The translations under genes and the position numbers were made by a program. Shown here piece by piece: positions 38,300-51,800 of a stretch of DNA of 64,000 bases. The stretch is from Perna viridis. Its lineage: Eukaryota. Numbering within the stretch: the first letter of the stretch is position 1; each line of letters starts with the position of its first letter. The DNA is taken from positions 25,916,001 to 25,980,000 of the forward strand of contig CM074512.1 in assembly GCA_037379345.1 (NCBI GenBank). The letters run 5' to 3'. The notes below the pieces were generated by a model. It searched no databases. It saw nothing but the letters and a program-made list of their open reading frames with translations, and was not told where the DNA came from.

Positions 38300-39414
38300 C
38301 TGGGGTCGTGCTGGGCTTCGCTGATGTTGCAATTTGCGATTTTTTATTTTATCTGGCGACAAAAATAGCCAGTTGGCGCTTTTCTTGGCGCCTAGGTTTT
38401 GTATATTAAAATTGACAACTAGTTAGTCAGCAAAGGATATTCTCTCTAATTTTGTGTTGACACCTGGTCAGAGTTAATTGACTTTGACCAATTTATGACT
38501 GAATGCAATTAAAGGTAATTAGACCAGGCGATCGTGACTGATGATATATTCATGGGAGGTGTCAATCAAATGTAAATATATTATTGAGCCAATCAAAACA
38601 CTCATCATCTGGTCAAAGGTAAACACTATTAAGGCCATGTGCACACGGCTACACACAAGTTTCACAGCCCTGTTTAACCATGTAATACATTCAGAAACAG
38701 ACTTACCTAACAACAGAATAAATTAAATCCAATTAACAATGATTATCCCATCAGGAAGTGTCTAAATATTTGGAAATGAAAGAATTGGTAAAAGAAAATG
38801 GATGACATTTGTTTACACTTTTGCCATGTGACTTTTTTGGCAGGAAAATTGGTAAACAAATAGAATGGAGATTCCCAAAATCTAATTAAAGAAATGCTAT
38901 TCAGATATCAAGATAATTAAACAGGGACACAGTTAATGGTCCATGGTACAAAATGTAGTTTGATAGAAATTTTATCACTTGAGAAAAAGAATCAAGTTTG
39001 TTAATAATAAAAAAAATAAATTATATTGTATTTGATAAATTAGCCCATGAAGGACAAAGGTGAACATGTTTTAAAATCATTGACTATATGAGAATAGTAA
39101 TATAAAGTCTTTGAAAGTAAAATACCTGTTTCTGGAGTAGTACTTTTTTATATGAAACTGACAGACTAGAGCAAAAAACCTGCTTTATACATGCATCAAG
39201 AGTGAATCTTGGGTACATGTTTACACGTCATGAATGGAGAGGTTATTTTGATGAATTGACAAAGATAATTCATCTGTGGACTTATACTGTCTTTTTTTTA
39301 AGAAGTATAATTATTTTTGGCACCCTTAGGCTCTAATTTCTGAAAACTGGCAACAAAAAATGGCAGCTGGCGATTTTTCTGGCAACAGAATTTTTGAAGC
39401 CAGAGCAGCCCTTG
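38300..39414. mobile_element. Decayed hAT-like non-autonomous element
   Basis: Imperfect TIRs (ctggggtcgtgctgggcttc / gaagccagagcagcccttg), subterminal tggcga repeats, flanking ctatgcc duplication. Confidence 0.55.
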
Positions 39415-39672
39415 CTATGCCCTCACATATAAAATTATATCGAATAGCAGTGACCATGTGCCTCAGGCAAGACATATTAATTTTTTTATCCTCATGAGCT
39501 CAGAAGCTAGATATATTGATTATTGATAGTGTACATGAAAATACAATGTATACAAATGTCCTTATTAACTCCTTAAAGTGATTTGGGAACACTAGACCTT
39601 TAGTGTAAGTGAAGTGTTCCAATTTGATTATTTAGATTGTAATTACAACCTACCAATCTGGATGTTGATGAT

Positions 39673-39837
39673 ATGATAGCGGCCTGTGACACCCAGGATT
39701 TTGTACCTTTTGGCCGTGAGTATTGCCGACGTCATCCTGGGAAGTTCCAACTACAGGTCCAGAATGCAGTGCAGGCAGAACATGGGTTACCTCTGTTCAA
39801 ATCATTTAGAGACATTTCCATACAAGAAAATAATAAG
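39673..39837 (+). CDS. ANAPC1: ANAPC1 coding exon 1
   Basis: MIAACDTQDFVPFGREYCRRHP; in-frame TAA upstream at 39640. Confidence 0.95.
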
Positions 39838-42800
39838 GTACCTGCACATATATATATATATGATCATGCATAAATGTTTGTGAAACAGTTGTTAGGATAG
39901 ATGAGTGTTGTTCATATGATGTTTTAAGTACAGTGTACTTCAAGTTTGTTGGTTTTGATATTTGCAACCTCACTTTATTTAGACTGAAAGAAATTTGTTG
40001 AGATATTTTATTTTGCAAATTGTGATACACTTGTGTAATTTTATTTTGATAAATATGCAAAGCTAGTGAGAGTCTCCAGAATCAATAAACCCTACCACTA
40101 GTTAAAGAGGCAGAGCATCAGCGACGCCCTGTATATATTATGTAGGGGGAAATATGAATGGTTTAAAATTGTTTTATTTGAAATTGAAATACAAAAGTTC
40201 CTATCATATTAGTATTGCAAATTTCAATTTGCTGTGTGTGTTTCAAGGAGTAACCTCTCACTAGCAGCATTAGAATCAAACACATAGGAAGTTCTAGATT
40301 AAAAAAGTAATTGTATACAAGAAGTACACAGAGTTTCTGAAATTTATAGAATGATTGTTTAACCTTTAAACCCAGGCAGAAAGGGTGTTTTGTATGTTTT
40401 TTTTAAGGAAAACTTAACAGTTGTAGATATTGAGATTATTTTTGAGATATGAGTACATGTACGTCTTGATTGATTTAAACAGTTATAGCCCTTCCATAGT
40501 TGAGTATTTTTTCTGCTATATGCTATACTCAGAGTATATGATACATGTAATCTTGTTTTTTTTTTTTTTAGAAAGAACAGTGGAATTTTAGACACCACAT
40601 TGATGAAACCAGTATAAATAAAGAAGAATTTGATGAAGAGCTGTATGTTAGTGGTTCTACAGTTGTGTGGAGTAAAGGTGGACAAAATGGGGCTAGATCT
40701 GTTGTCAAAACATTTACTGTGGACTCCCCAGTATTACAGGTACTTTATACCAAGGATCCATAAATGGTAAAAAATGCCGGTCATTGACCAACAAATTTTG
40801 CAAATTGACCGACGACCATTTTAAATTACAGTCAGCATGGTTTTATTACTGTGTAAACATCCTTTCTACCTGTCTCCTAATTGTTTATTGGAAATTATTT
40901 AACAGGTGTATGTCAATATTAATAAGCCCATGTACCTGTGACTGCGATTTTACTTGTAACTGATTAGTTGATTGCATAATTAAATTAATGGTCACATGCA
41001 GCACCATTGTGTATAAAAATTAATTTAAGTGACTCGGAGAATTTTCTTACATTTATTACTTGATTTAAATAAGAAAAAAATTGACAAATCCATCATTTTC
41101 TTGCTGATCTTTCAGTGGTAACGAAAGCACATGGTGCTGAAACTACGAATTGGTGGTAGTTTGTAATAATTAATTTATCGATTGAATCTTTTTAATACAG
41201 AAGTCAACAACCCATTCAAAACAATATATAAAATGTATTTACTATTTTAATTTTTAAAATATCATCACTCAGAAGTTTTCAGCTGTTTGCCGATGTGATG
41301 AAAAAGTCTGAGAGACACCATGTTTTGTTTACATGTCAGACCGTCCACGTGTGGTCAAAGCCGAACTCATTCACTCATTCAGATATTTTGTAAAAGACAA
41401 AGTATGTGATGTAATAACACAAATTCCAATATTTATTTTTGAAATAACAACAAAAAAGGGTTTTTAAAGTTTATTCTTGATCTAGGCAGGTAAAAGACTG
41501 ACACAAACGTCGGCTGAAATTTGATAAAATGTCCCACATGGGCTGTCAAAATTTCCAGACCCTTGCATTATACCCACTCAATTATAACCTTTTTCAGCTG
41601 TTTGTACATAACTGTAATTATCTGAACTCATTTCAATTTGGTATGTGGCTTTTTATAGATTTTGCATACATTCAGTTGCTGTCCAATATCAACTTTTTAT
41701 TATGTGAGACTTTGTTTTTTTTTCACTACATGGAATGCCACTAGAAAGATTGATTTTAAACGTGGTATGTAGCTTTATATAGATGGGGCATATTTTGTAA
41801 GTGGTTTTGAATACTGTTTGAAATCAAGTTCCTGTTTCATCGTATTGCCATACCAGTAGTGGTATACCTATCACAACTACTCATGTATTTCATATTCATT
41901 TACATATTATGTGCACTAAACTGAAAGGTTGTTTTTCTACCAAGCTTACAGAGTAGTTGTTTGTGTAGGAAATAACCAAAAAATTCTGATGTTCCAATTT
42001 CTGATTGTACACTTAAAACTGCATTAGTTGCCAAATTTGTTCAGTTTTGATTCTACTGAATTATGCTGATTTAATGAAATAAATTTGCAGCAATGCAATT
42101 GAAGCAATAAATGTCAATAATACTGTGAAAACAACGTTTTTTCAATCAGAGAAAATCGATAGCTCTGATCTAATTATTTTTCACCATTACTTCCGAAGAT
42201 TGCCAACAGGACATTCACCCGGGTTAAAAATACTTTAACTTTGGTAAAAAAAAAAAAACAACAATAACTAATACACATGTCTTGTTTTCATTTCATTTCT
42301 TCTATTATGTTCAGTTTTCTAATAAATAATGACCATATTTGTGCCACATTATATCACATAACGTAAATTTCAAAATGATCCTTGCATTATATTCAAACTT
42401 TTTTCTTTTACGGCTTGAGTCCGTCTGTCTTCCTTGCAGTTGAATAACCACATTCGCTTTGCAATCAGTTTTGTTATTAAAGAGGCAACCCTTACAGCAC
42501 ATGAGCGGATGAAGGTCACCAGAAGTCACATGCATACGAATTTATCTAGGTCGATTATTTGGCTTGCAAGGCAATAAATACATAGACACCTATTTCATGT
42601 ATTTAATGCATTTTATTTGTGGATATCAAATTAAATTATACGTGAAAAATACAAATAAGTAGAAATAATTCAAGGTTAAGGTATATTTCAGCAGAAAAAA
42701 TTTGGTGATAAAGACAGCTAATGCATTATGTTTACAATTAAAACAAAATAAAAGAAATCTTTAAATTAAAATCTTTTAACGCACTAGTATATTTTTTTAC

Positions 42801-45800
42801 AAATTTACCTGTTTTTTATGAGTTAGAAAAAAGATAGGAACCATTTATACCATACAACAGTAATAAATTTTATATATTTTTGACAGGCCTTGTGGTGTAG
42901 CTTTATTTTACCAAGGAGTGAGGTGCCTGTCAATACCATTCCAACCATAGATATACAAGGTTTGTTTCTAAGGAGAGAGCTTATTCAATATTAAACCATT
43001 TTTCTTTTTCTCTAATAAGTACCAGTTTTGGATGAGTTATTCAAAGTTGGCTTTCAAGACTGGAAGATCATGGGCTTTTCCAAGTTTCAAATCAATGGTC
43101 TAAAGTCCTCAATAAAGTGTTCATGATAAAGGTTGAAGTTAAATTTCAAAAGTTTTTAATCTGAAATAAACGGTATAACTTGGAATTAAGTTGTTTTGTC
43201 CTGGTTAACAGTATGTCCAGAGTTGCTTAATGATTGTTCACTTTGCCCGGATGATATAATGAATGATTTAGTTCATTAGTTCATAAGTTCATATGTTACT
43301 GTTATAACATGAGTTTTCTACTCAAAGTTTACAAATATATGGTTAAAAAAAGTTTAATGAAAGGTAATAACATAGTTACAGAACATACATACCCTAGTAA
43401 AAAATAGTCAAAAAGGAAAATCTGCATGTACAACAAATGGCAATATCAGGGTAAAAAGTGAGTTTGAAACCTGTGCAATAGTCCATACTTGGTGTAGGCA
43501 TTTCCGATGGTATGAAATTACCACCAGTCAAAATTGATATTCCATTAGTCAGAACAGTACGGAAGAAATAAACAATAAGTGAAAATAAAAGGAACCAAAT
43601 ACAATAAAATACATGTAAAATAAAAATGACACCAACTTTAAAATAAGTCTTGAACTTTGTGGGAAAGTCATGTTCTGTTATGATGAAAATGATAAGATAG
43701 AAATATAAATTAGTCAAAATTATGAAAATCTACAATTTATTTGTCAGAAACAGAATATTTCTCAATAACATCTTCGTATTGGGTATGAAACTTTTTAAAG
43801 GCAGTGATGAGACACATTTATAGAACCTTAGTCCAAGAGCCTATCACTCAGGCATCGATGGTGCATTAAGGCTAAAAACCACTAATTCCACTTCCCATAG
43901 GCTTCTATGCTAATTTCACAATATTCAATGGCTTCTCTGGACTTTACCTTAACTTTAACCTGCAGAGGACTATATATCAGCATGATTCTACATATGTCAG
44001 CTCACAATCCTCAGAATGGCATGTGGGGTTAGCAGACTTGCAGTGCAGTACTGGTCACCGGAAGTGAGGTGTCTATAAATAGCATGGGAAATCCCAGTGT
44101 TTTCACAAGATAGGGGAATATTTAGAAATCATTATGGAGATTAGGCTTCACATCACAAGAAGCAAAATGCACCTATAAAATGTACAGAAATGTTTTTCCT
44201 TTCAGAAACTGTTTAAATTTTTTAAATGAGCTGAGAACTTTTTTCACAGCACTATGAGGAACAGGGGTAATTTCTGCGTAGGACTATTTTTGCGTACGTT
44301 TCAAATGCTCATTGGTTGAATTGGTGGTCTGTAACCTAAAGAGTCATTTTCTGTCTTAGAAAAAATAAATAACTATACAAGTATCTTCTTATACACATAC
44401 TGAATGCATTTGCCAAGTTTCAGTGAAATGTGACAAGCACTTTTGTAAATATTTGATTTTTAAATATAGGGTAACCAAGTTGCGCGAGCAAAGAAGTGAC
44501 AATATTCTACCATACTTAAATGCATTAAATATTTGCAAAGAACTTTTTCTGACTTTTCAAATAAAAAAAATCAATCACAACTTGTTTTTTAACAATATTA
44601 ATAAAGAGATAGCCTTTAAAAGTAGTCATTTTCTGAAAAATTGGTCTATTTTTAAAAATTTATGTCTGACATGCCTCTCCCTTTTTCTTGATCACATGTC
44701 AAAAACCCTAAATCTTTAAATTTTCGCAAAAGGTGATATCTTTGGCTTTAAATTTGTAAATACAGTGTTTTCGCAATAAAACATGACAAGTAAAGGACAC
44801 CTAAAGCAAAAAAAGTACTCAAAAATGCATTTTCCATGTTGCCATAGGGAAATGCTTATATGTCCTTAACCGCAGTAATGAAAGTGAGTTTTTCCTCATT
44901 TCTAATCAAATTTTTGCTCAAATTTACACAAAACTTGATTTCAAGTGCTGATTACCACCATATTTAAGTAAATATAGCCCTCAAAGTTAAATATTTGACA
45001 TTTTTACTAAATTTTCTACACTTTTCACCAAATAGGACATAAAATTCAGCCAAAAAGACCAATTTTCCATAATTTGGACCTATAACTTAAAAAAATGCAT
45101 ATTTTGAAGGATTTTTGTAGTGTATTCCTCTCATAGCAAAGTTTACAAGATCTTCAAGTAGTTTAAAGCTATTCCAAGAAACTTGTCATTTTGCCATGGC
45201 CTCAACTTAAGGCTAAAAACCACTAATTCCACTTCCCATAGGCTTCTATGCTAATTTCACAATATTCAATGGCTTCTCTGGACTTTACCTTAACTTTAAC
45301 CTGCAGAGGACTATATATCAGCATGATTCTACATATGTCAGCTCACAATCCTCAGAATGGCATGTGGGGTTAGCAGACTTGCAGTGCGGTACTGGTCACC
45401 GGAAGTGAGGTGTCTATAAATAGCATGGGAAATCCCAGTGTTTTCACAAGATAGGGGAATATTTAGAAATCATTATGGAGATTAGGCTTCACATCACAAG
45501 AAGCAAAATGCACCTATAAAATGTACAGAAATGTTTTTCCTTTCAGAAACTGTTTAAATTTTTTAAATGAGCTGAGAACTTTTTTCACAGCACTATGAGG
45601 AACAGGGGTAATTTCTGTGTAGGACTATTTTTGCGTACGTTCCAAATGCTCATTGGTTGAATTGGTGGTCTGTAACCTTAAGAAGTCAGAAATTTAAAGT
45701 AAAGAATAATTTAGTATTTATTGTTGGCAACTAAAGAAAAAAGAATGTCTGAACTTGTATTCTTATTTTTATATCGTAATTTGTTGTTTAAAAGTATGAA

Positions 45801-48800
45801 ATGACATCTTTATTTTTACATAAGAAACAAAGAATCTAAATATTTTTTTCTTCATCTCTACAAACAGTGTAGGTCACACTTAAAATAATGTTTGCTTCCT
45901 CTTCACATGACTCTACTTCCTGGCTGTAGGTAGGTAGGTAGGGGAAATACTTTTTCTATCCAAAGTTCATCTGATTCTGTCAAAATCATGATCAAAGAAT
46001 TGAAAATGTTGCTTTGAAAATTGAAAAAAAAATCTGGTCGGAGAATGGCAATGAAATTATTTGAATAGGGCCAATTTTTATGGATATGTAGGGTAAGAGG
46101 AAACAAACTTGATTTTAATTTTGGTCTTATTATTTTTCAGACTAGATTCATTTAGAATGAAATTTTGGTAATAAAGGTTTATATTTTTTTCAGGTGATCT
46201 TCAGAGAGGTATTTGTGTAGTAGAATCAGGCTCGGTCAGTTGTTTTATGGAGAAAGGAAGTGAGTTCAACACAGCCTTACCATTTCAGGTATTGTTGAAA
46301 TTGAACTTTTTTCTTGTTGATGGATTAATGAATGATAGTTTTGTACTATTTTGTATACAGACAATAATAGCTCAAAAGAACAAGCTGTTACCTTTGTACT
46401 TCAATAACAAATCAGACAAGTATCGGTAATTTGAGGCATTTTGCTTTGATGTACACAGATTTGTAATGTTTGTCACAGTGCTATGGCTCTGATACAAAAA
46501 AATAGGTCAGTTTATTAACAAGCATGTGTGACAATTAGGGAGAAATATCCAATAAAAATTTGTCATATCACAATGAAGTTGAATTACATGTACTTTGGTG
46601 TTATATGAACTGTATCCCAACACTTTTGGGTCAATCTGACGAAATGGGCGATTTAAAAATATTTTATTGAATGGCAGAATTTTGATTTTTGTAATTTTTT
46701 TTTCAATATACGAAATGAAAATAAAATGCTACTTATAAAAATATTAGGCAGTTGGTTTTTGGTACTGGCTTAATGAGCTCACCTAAGATACCATGTAATA
46801 AAGCCAGTATCTGAAATCAATTATCTAACATTCTGTATATACTCCATTGTTTATAATTCACTGATGAATATAAAAGTTTTTTCTATGTTTCTTTATATTC
46901 TATTAAACATGAGATACAGAACTGATTTACTGTAGGTTGCCAACACTTGGGTTGTTAAGAATGGACTTCTGTTTGAGAGAACAGTGTCTCCAACCGAACT
47001 TACTGGCAGTAAAAGGTATATCTTCATTGTATCAGAATTATATTTTTTTATACATTCATTTCAAGGTATACTTCATGTCAATTTAAGGGAAAGCCTTATA
47101 TATACAATAGTGTGTATTATCTATAAAACAAAAGTAATGCTGCAGAGATCAAGTCATATGTTACCATGCTCAATGTCATATGAATTTGAAATATGAAAAA
47201 AGAAAAAGGGCTCCACAAAAATCTAAACTACTGAAATTTTGATTGTCACTGTAGCAATTGAAATGAATGTTCAGAAAATAACTATTGAATTGAATGTTCA
47301 GGAAATAAGTGTAAAATTGAATGTTCAGAAAAAATACAAATTCATGAGTTGAAATCATAAATAGGGTAAAATATAAGTAATGCAAATAAACTGGTACTTA
47401 TATAATATCAGGAATCCTTAACTACATGTTTTATGGTAAATGATTGCAGAAATTCACCAAACCAGACTACAGTTTTCAGTATGCTCCATCCTTTAGATGA
47501 AGTTGCCCCAGTCATTACAAAAACATCAGGTATTTCTTATTTCTTATCTTTCTGCTGGCATGAACTATATAAAGCTCTAAACAATGTGATCTGAAAAAAA
47601 TATCATTGTATTGCCTGTGAAATGCTTCATTTCAATTTTGAAAATCTTTAAATTTTAAAAGTGGTCAGGGGTAGACGAAAGAGGAAAGGAAAACTATGAC
47701 ACGTTGAACAAATCAGTTTTCATGGCACAGATGGATACACTGTAATGATCCACGAGTTCATGATGACGACCATAAAACTTTTGTAGTGATGAGTTCAATC
47801 TTGTAGCAACATAACCCTGTCCCAGAAACCTTATTTGTTAGAATTCTAGCGCAATACAAAGTCTGTAGTTTTGGCAAGCTCTGGCATAACGTATGAGTTG
47901 TGATATGAACACTCCATACACAGGTGCTGAAGGGACGTTGCCACAGATGTTAAGATTGTTTAAAGATAATATGTCATCTATATAATGGAAACTGAGATTA
48001 AAGGATCTAGCTAAACGATATTCTTTCTTTTGGATCAGATCAGCTGTAAAGTCAGCCTCATAAGAGTGAAGGAATAGGTCAGCAAGTAGAGGAGCACAAT
48101 TTGTTCCCATTGGAATTTTGACCTTTTGTTGAAAAATGTGTCCACCACACTGCACAAATATGTTGTTAATTAAAAATTCCAGCATTTTGTAAACATTTTC
48201 TTCTGTATATTTGGAAGATGATTTGGAATTATTTCTTACAAGGTATGAGGAATCTATATATTTGTATCTAGGTGTACCATCTTTTTTGGAAGAACAATGA
48301 TGTATAATGTTTTTAAGTTGGGATTTTAACTGAGTATGGAGAATAGAAGTATACAGTATTGAAAAATTTATAGGTTTTAATGCTATTATATTCTGATAAT
48401 AGTCTTGAACTGATTGTTTCCAAAAGATCTTTCAAATTTTCAGGATCCACATTGATATCTGACTTATAGACGAAATCTAGTTGATGAATTAAATTTTCAG
48501 ATTGAAAATGTTAAAAGCTTGACAATTGTCATTAGCTTAAGCTGTAAAACCCAACATTGAACATCCAGACCATTCCCCCTAGGTTAAATTGTAAACATCA
48601 GTTTTAGGAAGACTTTCTTCATCTTCTTTTACAGCTAAAATATGATGCAGGAAAAGAATATTTACTGTTTAGTCTTTATTTTGCCACAATACTGGCCTTT
48701 AATGATTTTATTTGTATTTCTCACTTATCCATTTATTGTATTGATTGTTACCTGTGTACACTCATATAAAGCCTAAAACCAAAAGGTGTAATATAAAGAT

Positions 48801-51800
48801 GACCCAATAATGTGCCATAATTTGTGAGAAAATTAATCAATATTTTGGTTGGTTTTGACTGTTCGTTTTATGAATTTCTCTTTTTGTAAGATAAAACTTT
48901 TCTTCAAAATGAACTGTTTGGATATCATTAAATTTCTGCTTTATTCTTTTTTGTTCTCTATATTCATGATTTCAATTTGGGTTATTGGTTTTACCAAAAT
49001 TAGAATGAATGAATAAATGTTCGTTATTAAACAGTTATCATGGCTTGACTTACTGCTATAAATCAACTCCAGTCTAGCTTGTAATTATTTATTTCAACAT
49101 TTATTGAAGTTATGAAAACAAACAGGTATACTCATTGTAATTAAGGAATAATAGTGATGCTGCTGTCAGAAATCAGTCCGACTTATAAGCAGGTCAAGGC
49201 TAAGTTCCAGAAATATTGGACTGAAAAGGGAGTCGGACTAATAGGGGGAATGACTTATACTCGAGTATATACAGTAGACTTACGGTCATTAAAGGTTCAT
49301 TAATAGATTTTTTAAAGTTTTATTTAATTATGACATTTATGGTTTTTTTTTTTTTAGTGATGTTTGGTTTAACAATGATGCCTAACAAACTATGTATGAT
49401 ACTTAGATTACTCTGTTGTAGGTGTAAATGGCTACCCAAAGATATCCTATTTGACAGATAATACTCAACACATAGTCTTTACCAGTGTAGATCCGTCCTT
49501 AGTGTTTACATATGATACAATGATAGGTGTCCACTCAGTCTGGAGAGTTAGAAAAGCTAGTACTGATGTGAGTTCTTACTACAATTTCAGGCTTTCATGC
49601 CACATATATTTTTACTAAAAATTATTATTTTTATTCATTTAATTAATTTTCTGTATTTGCTCTTGAAACACATTAAGATTTTACCAATGATACAAGCACT
49701 AAAGCAGGTCTTGTAGCTGTTCTATTAGTCTGTCACTCTTAGAGGTAGTTACTTTGTGTAATCTGTAACTTTTTAAAGTTATTGAACCATTATCATTTAT
49801 CATTCTACACATTATTTACTTGTTAAAAATTGGCACTTTCTGTCCTGGACAAAATTTGTCAATTTCCCCTTCTTTTTCAGCATGTCGAACTGAGCCATTG
49901 TCGTCATAGTTTTGTGACTGAGAAACATTAGGTTTTTATTTACTTTTAAAATTATTGTGTAAATTTTGAAATCCTTACCATGGTTCACTACTTTTTTCTT
50001 ACTAACATCAGTGCCTTTTCTTTTTTTTTTTTTTTAAGGAATGTAGTTCTGTTTGTGCCACATTTGAGACCAGTTTTTTACAGCCTGCAGGACACACTAC
50101 ATCTCTTGGATTAAACATGTCTGCTAGTAACCATTCTAGATTTATCAGTAACCTCTCAGCTCAATCTCCTAGTGTTTCACCAATGAGGAACTTTTCTGGA
50201 AGGATTAGTTCCCCTGGAGGAGGATTTATACGATCTCAAAGTCTAAGTCCTTCTGTCAACACCATGGCAGCTGTCAGGTATTTTCATAAATTGGTTTAAA
50301 TTTGTGCTGTTTCAAAAATTTAAAAAAAGATTTAACCATTAACAGTTTGTATCGCAGGAGGCTGAATTACATAATTATAAAATGTCTTCCTTTTTTTTTG
50401 TTATAAAAACATACAAAATAGTTTTGTAACGTCTACATTTTCCTTCTTATATTTTAGTCGAGCTCAGTCTCCAGCAGTAGTGGGTTCGGCCTCAGTAATA
50501 AGATTTCAGACACCTTCTCCCAGTATAGCCAGAAGTCCTGCTGGTTACTTTAGAACCCCACCTGTAGGTTCATACAATGTATCACTGATCAATGAGAGTT
50601 ATTCTGAATGGGTGGAACCTCTGAAACCTGAGGTGTGTTTTGAACACTTGTGGACTGAGCCTGCTCCAGCAATCAGGTAATCCTACCATACCTAATGGGT
50701 ATGTAGCTGTAATACAAGGACAAAAAAATGAATATTGGCTTCCATAGTTTGATTATAATGCAACTAAATGTATAGAAAATTTGGGATGGAATGAATTTTG
50801 AAAGTCATATAAAATGAGATTTTAATCTTTACGTATAATTTTATACATTGTAAGTGCTACTCCTCCTTAACCACTTCAGGGATTTTGACAAAATTTTATA
50901 GGAAGGTTAGGTATCATATTTAGATGTGCATGAAGGAATATGATAATTGTCTTATCATTCTAAAGGGAGATAATTGAACATAATGATTATATATTAAACT
51001 CCATTCGGAGCAGGGGGTATTCTCTTCATGAGTTGGCTCACAGTATTTTTAGTTCAAGCTAAACCTCATTTATGCTGCACATCACTGATATAATATTTGA
51101 ATCTTGACAGGGATGGCTCACTTGGAAAGTCCTCTAAAGCTTTTCTGACAAGAGATTTATGTGGACAACAGTATATGTGTTATCTTATTTCATACAGACA
51201 GCAGTTGAGGTAAGTGAATAACAAGGTGTTTCCTTATTATTAATGGAGTAGAGTCTATTTATCAACTTTCATTCTATAAATATTCTGTAAGATAATCATT
51301 CAATTATTTCCCCTTTCACATCAATAATGTTAAAACTGCAATCTTAATTGAGTTTTTTTAAATCGAAAATTTTGATGTATAAAGTAATTATTTAACTAAT
51401 GTCTTTCTTATGTTTATAATTGAATGCATTATTTTGCTGCATTAAAAATAATTGGTATGGGTTTTGAAATCTACCATCTGTGCATTATAAATATATATCA
51501 TTCACCTTTTGGTGAAGAAAAAATGTGAAAGACAGCAAGGCTGTTGAACAATCCCAAATTGTACAGATCGGATACAAGTTTCATGATTAAATGTGCATAT
51601 CGTCATTGAATAGGTGTGTAAAATTTGAAGAAAGTAATGATTTAAGCCAGCTGATATTTGGAGCTGTAGCAGTAGTTCAGGCAAAGGATGCATTGCCTGT
51701 AGAGGTATACTTTTAATTATGTTATGGACTAGGATATACACTATCAAAAGAAGTGTTGATTACAATTTTAAATTGTTAGGTTTTTTATGATTGCAAAATA

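Noticed and set aside
43866-45681. LTR retrotransposon/TRIM interpretation of the long direct repeats
   Set aside because: No TG...CA termini, PBS or PPT seen; each repeat has its own TIRs and TTAA flanks
47016-47449. Possible U12-type intron (TCCTTAAC near the acceptor, poor pyrimidine tract)
   Set aside because: Donor GTATATCTT does not match GTATCCTT, and the alternative AT-AC reading is out of frame. The donor GTATACTTT at 51705 also lacks a good branch site
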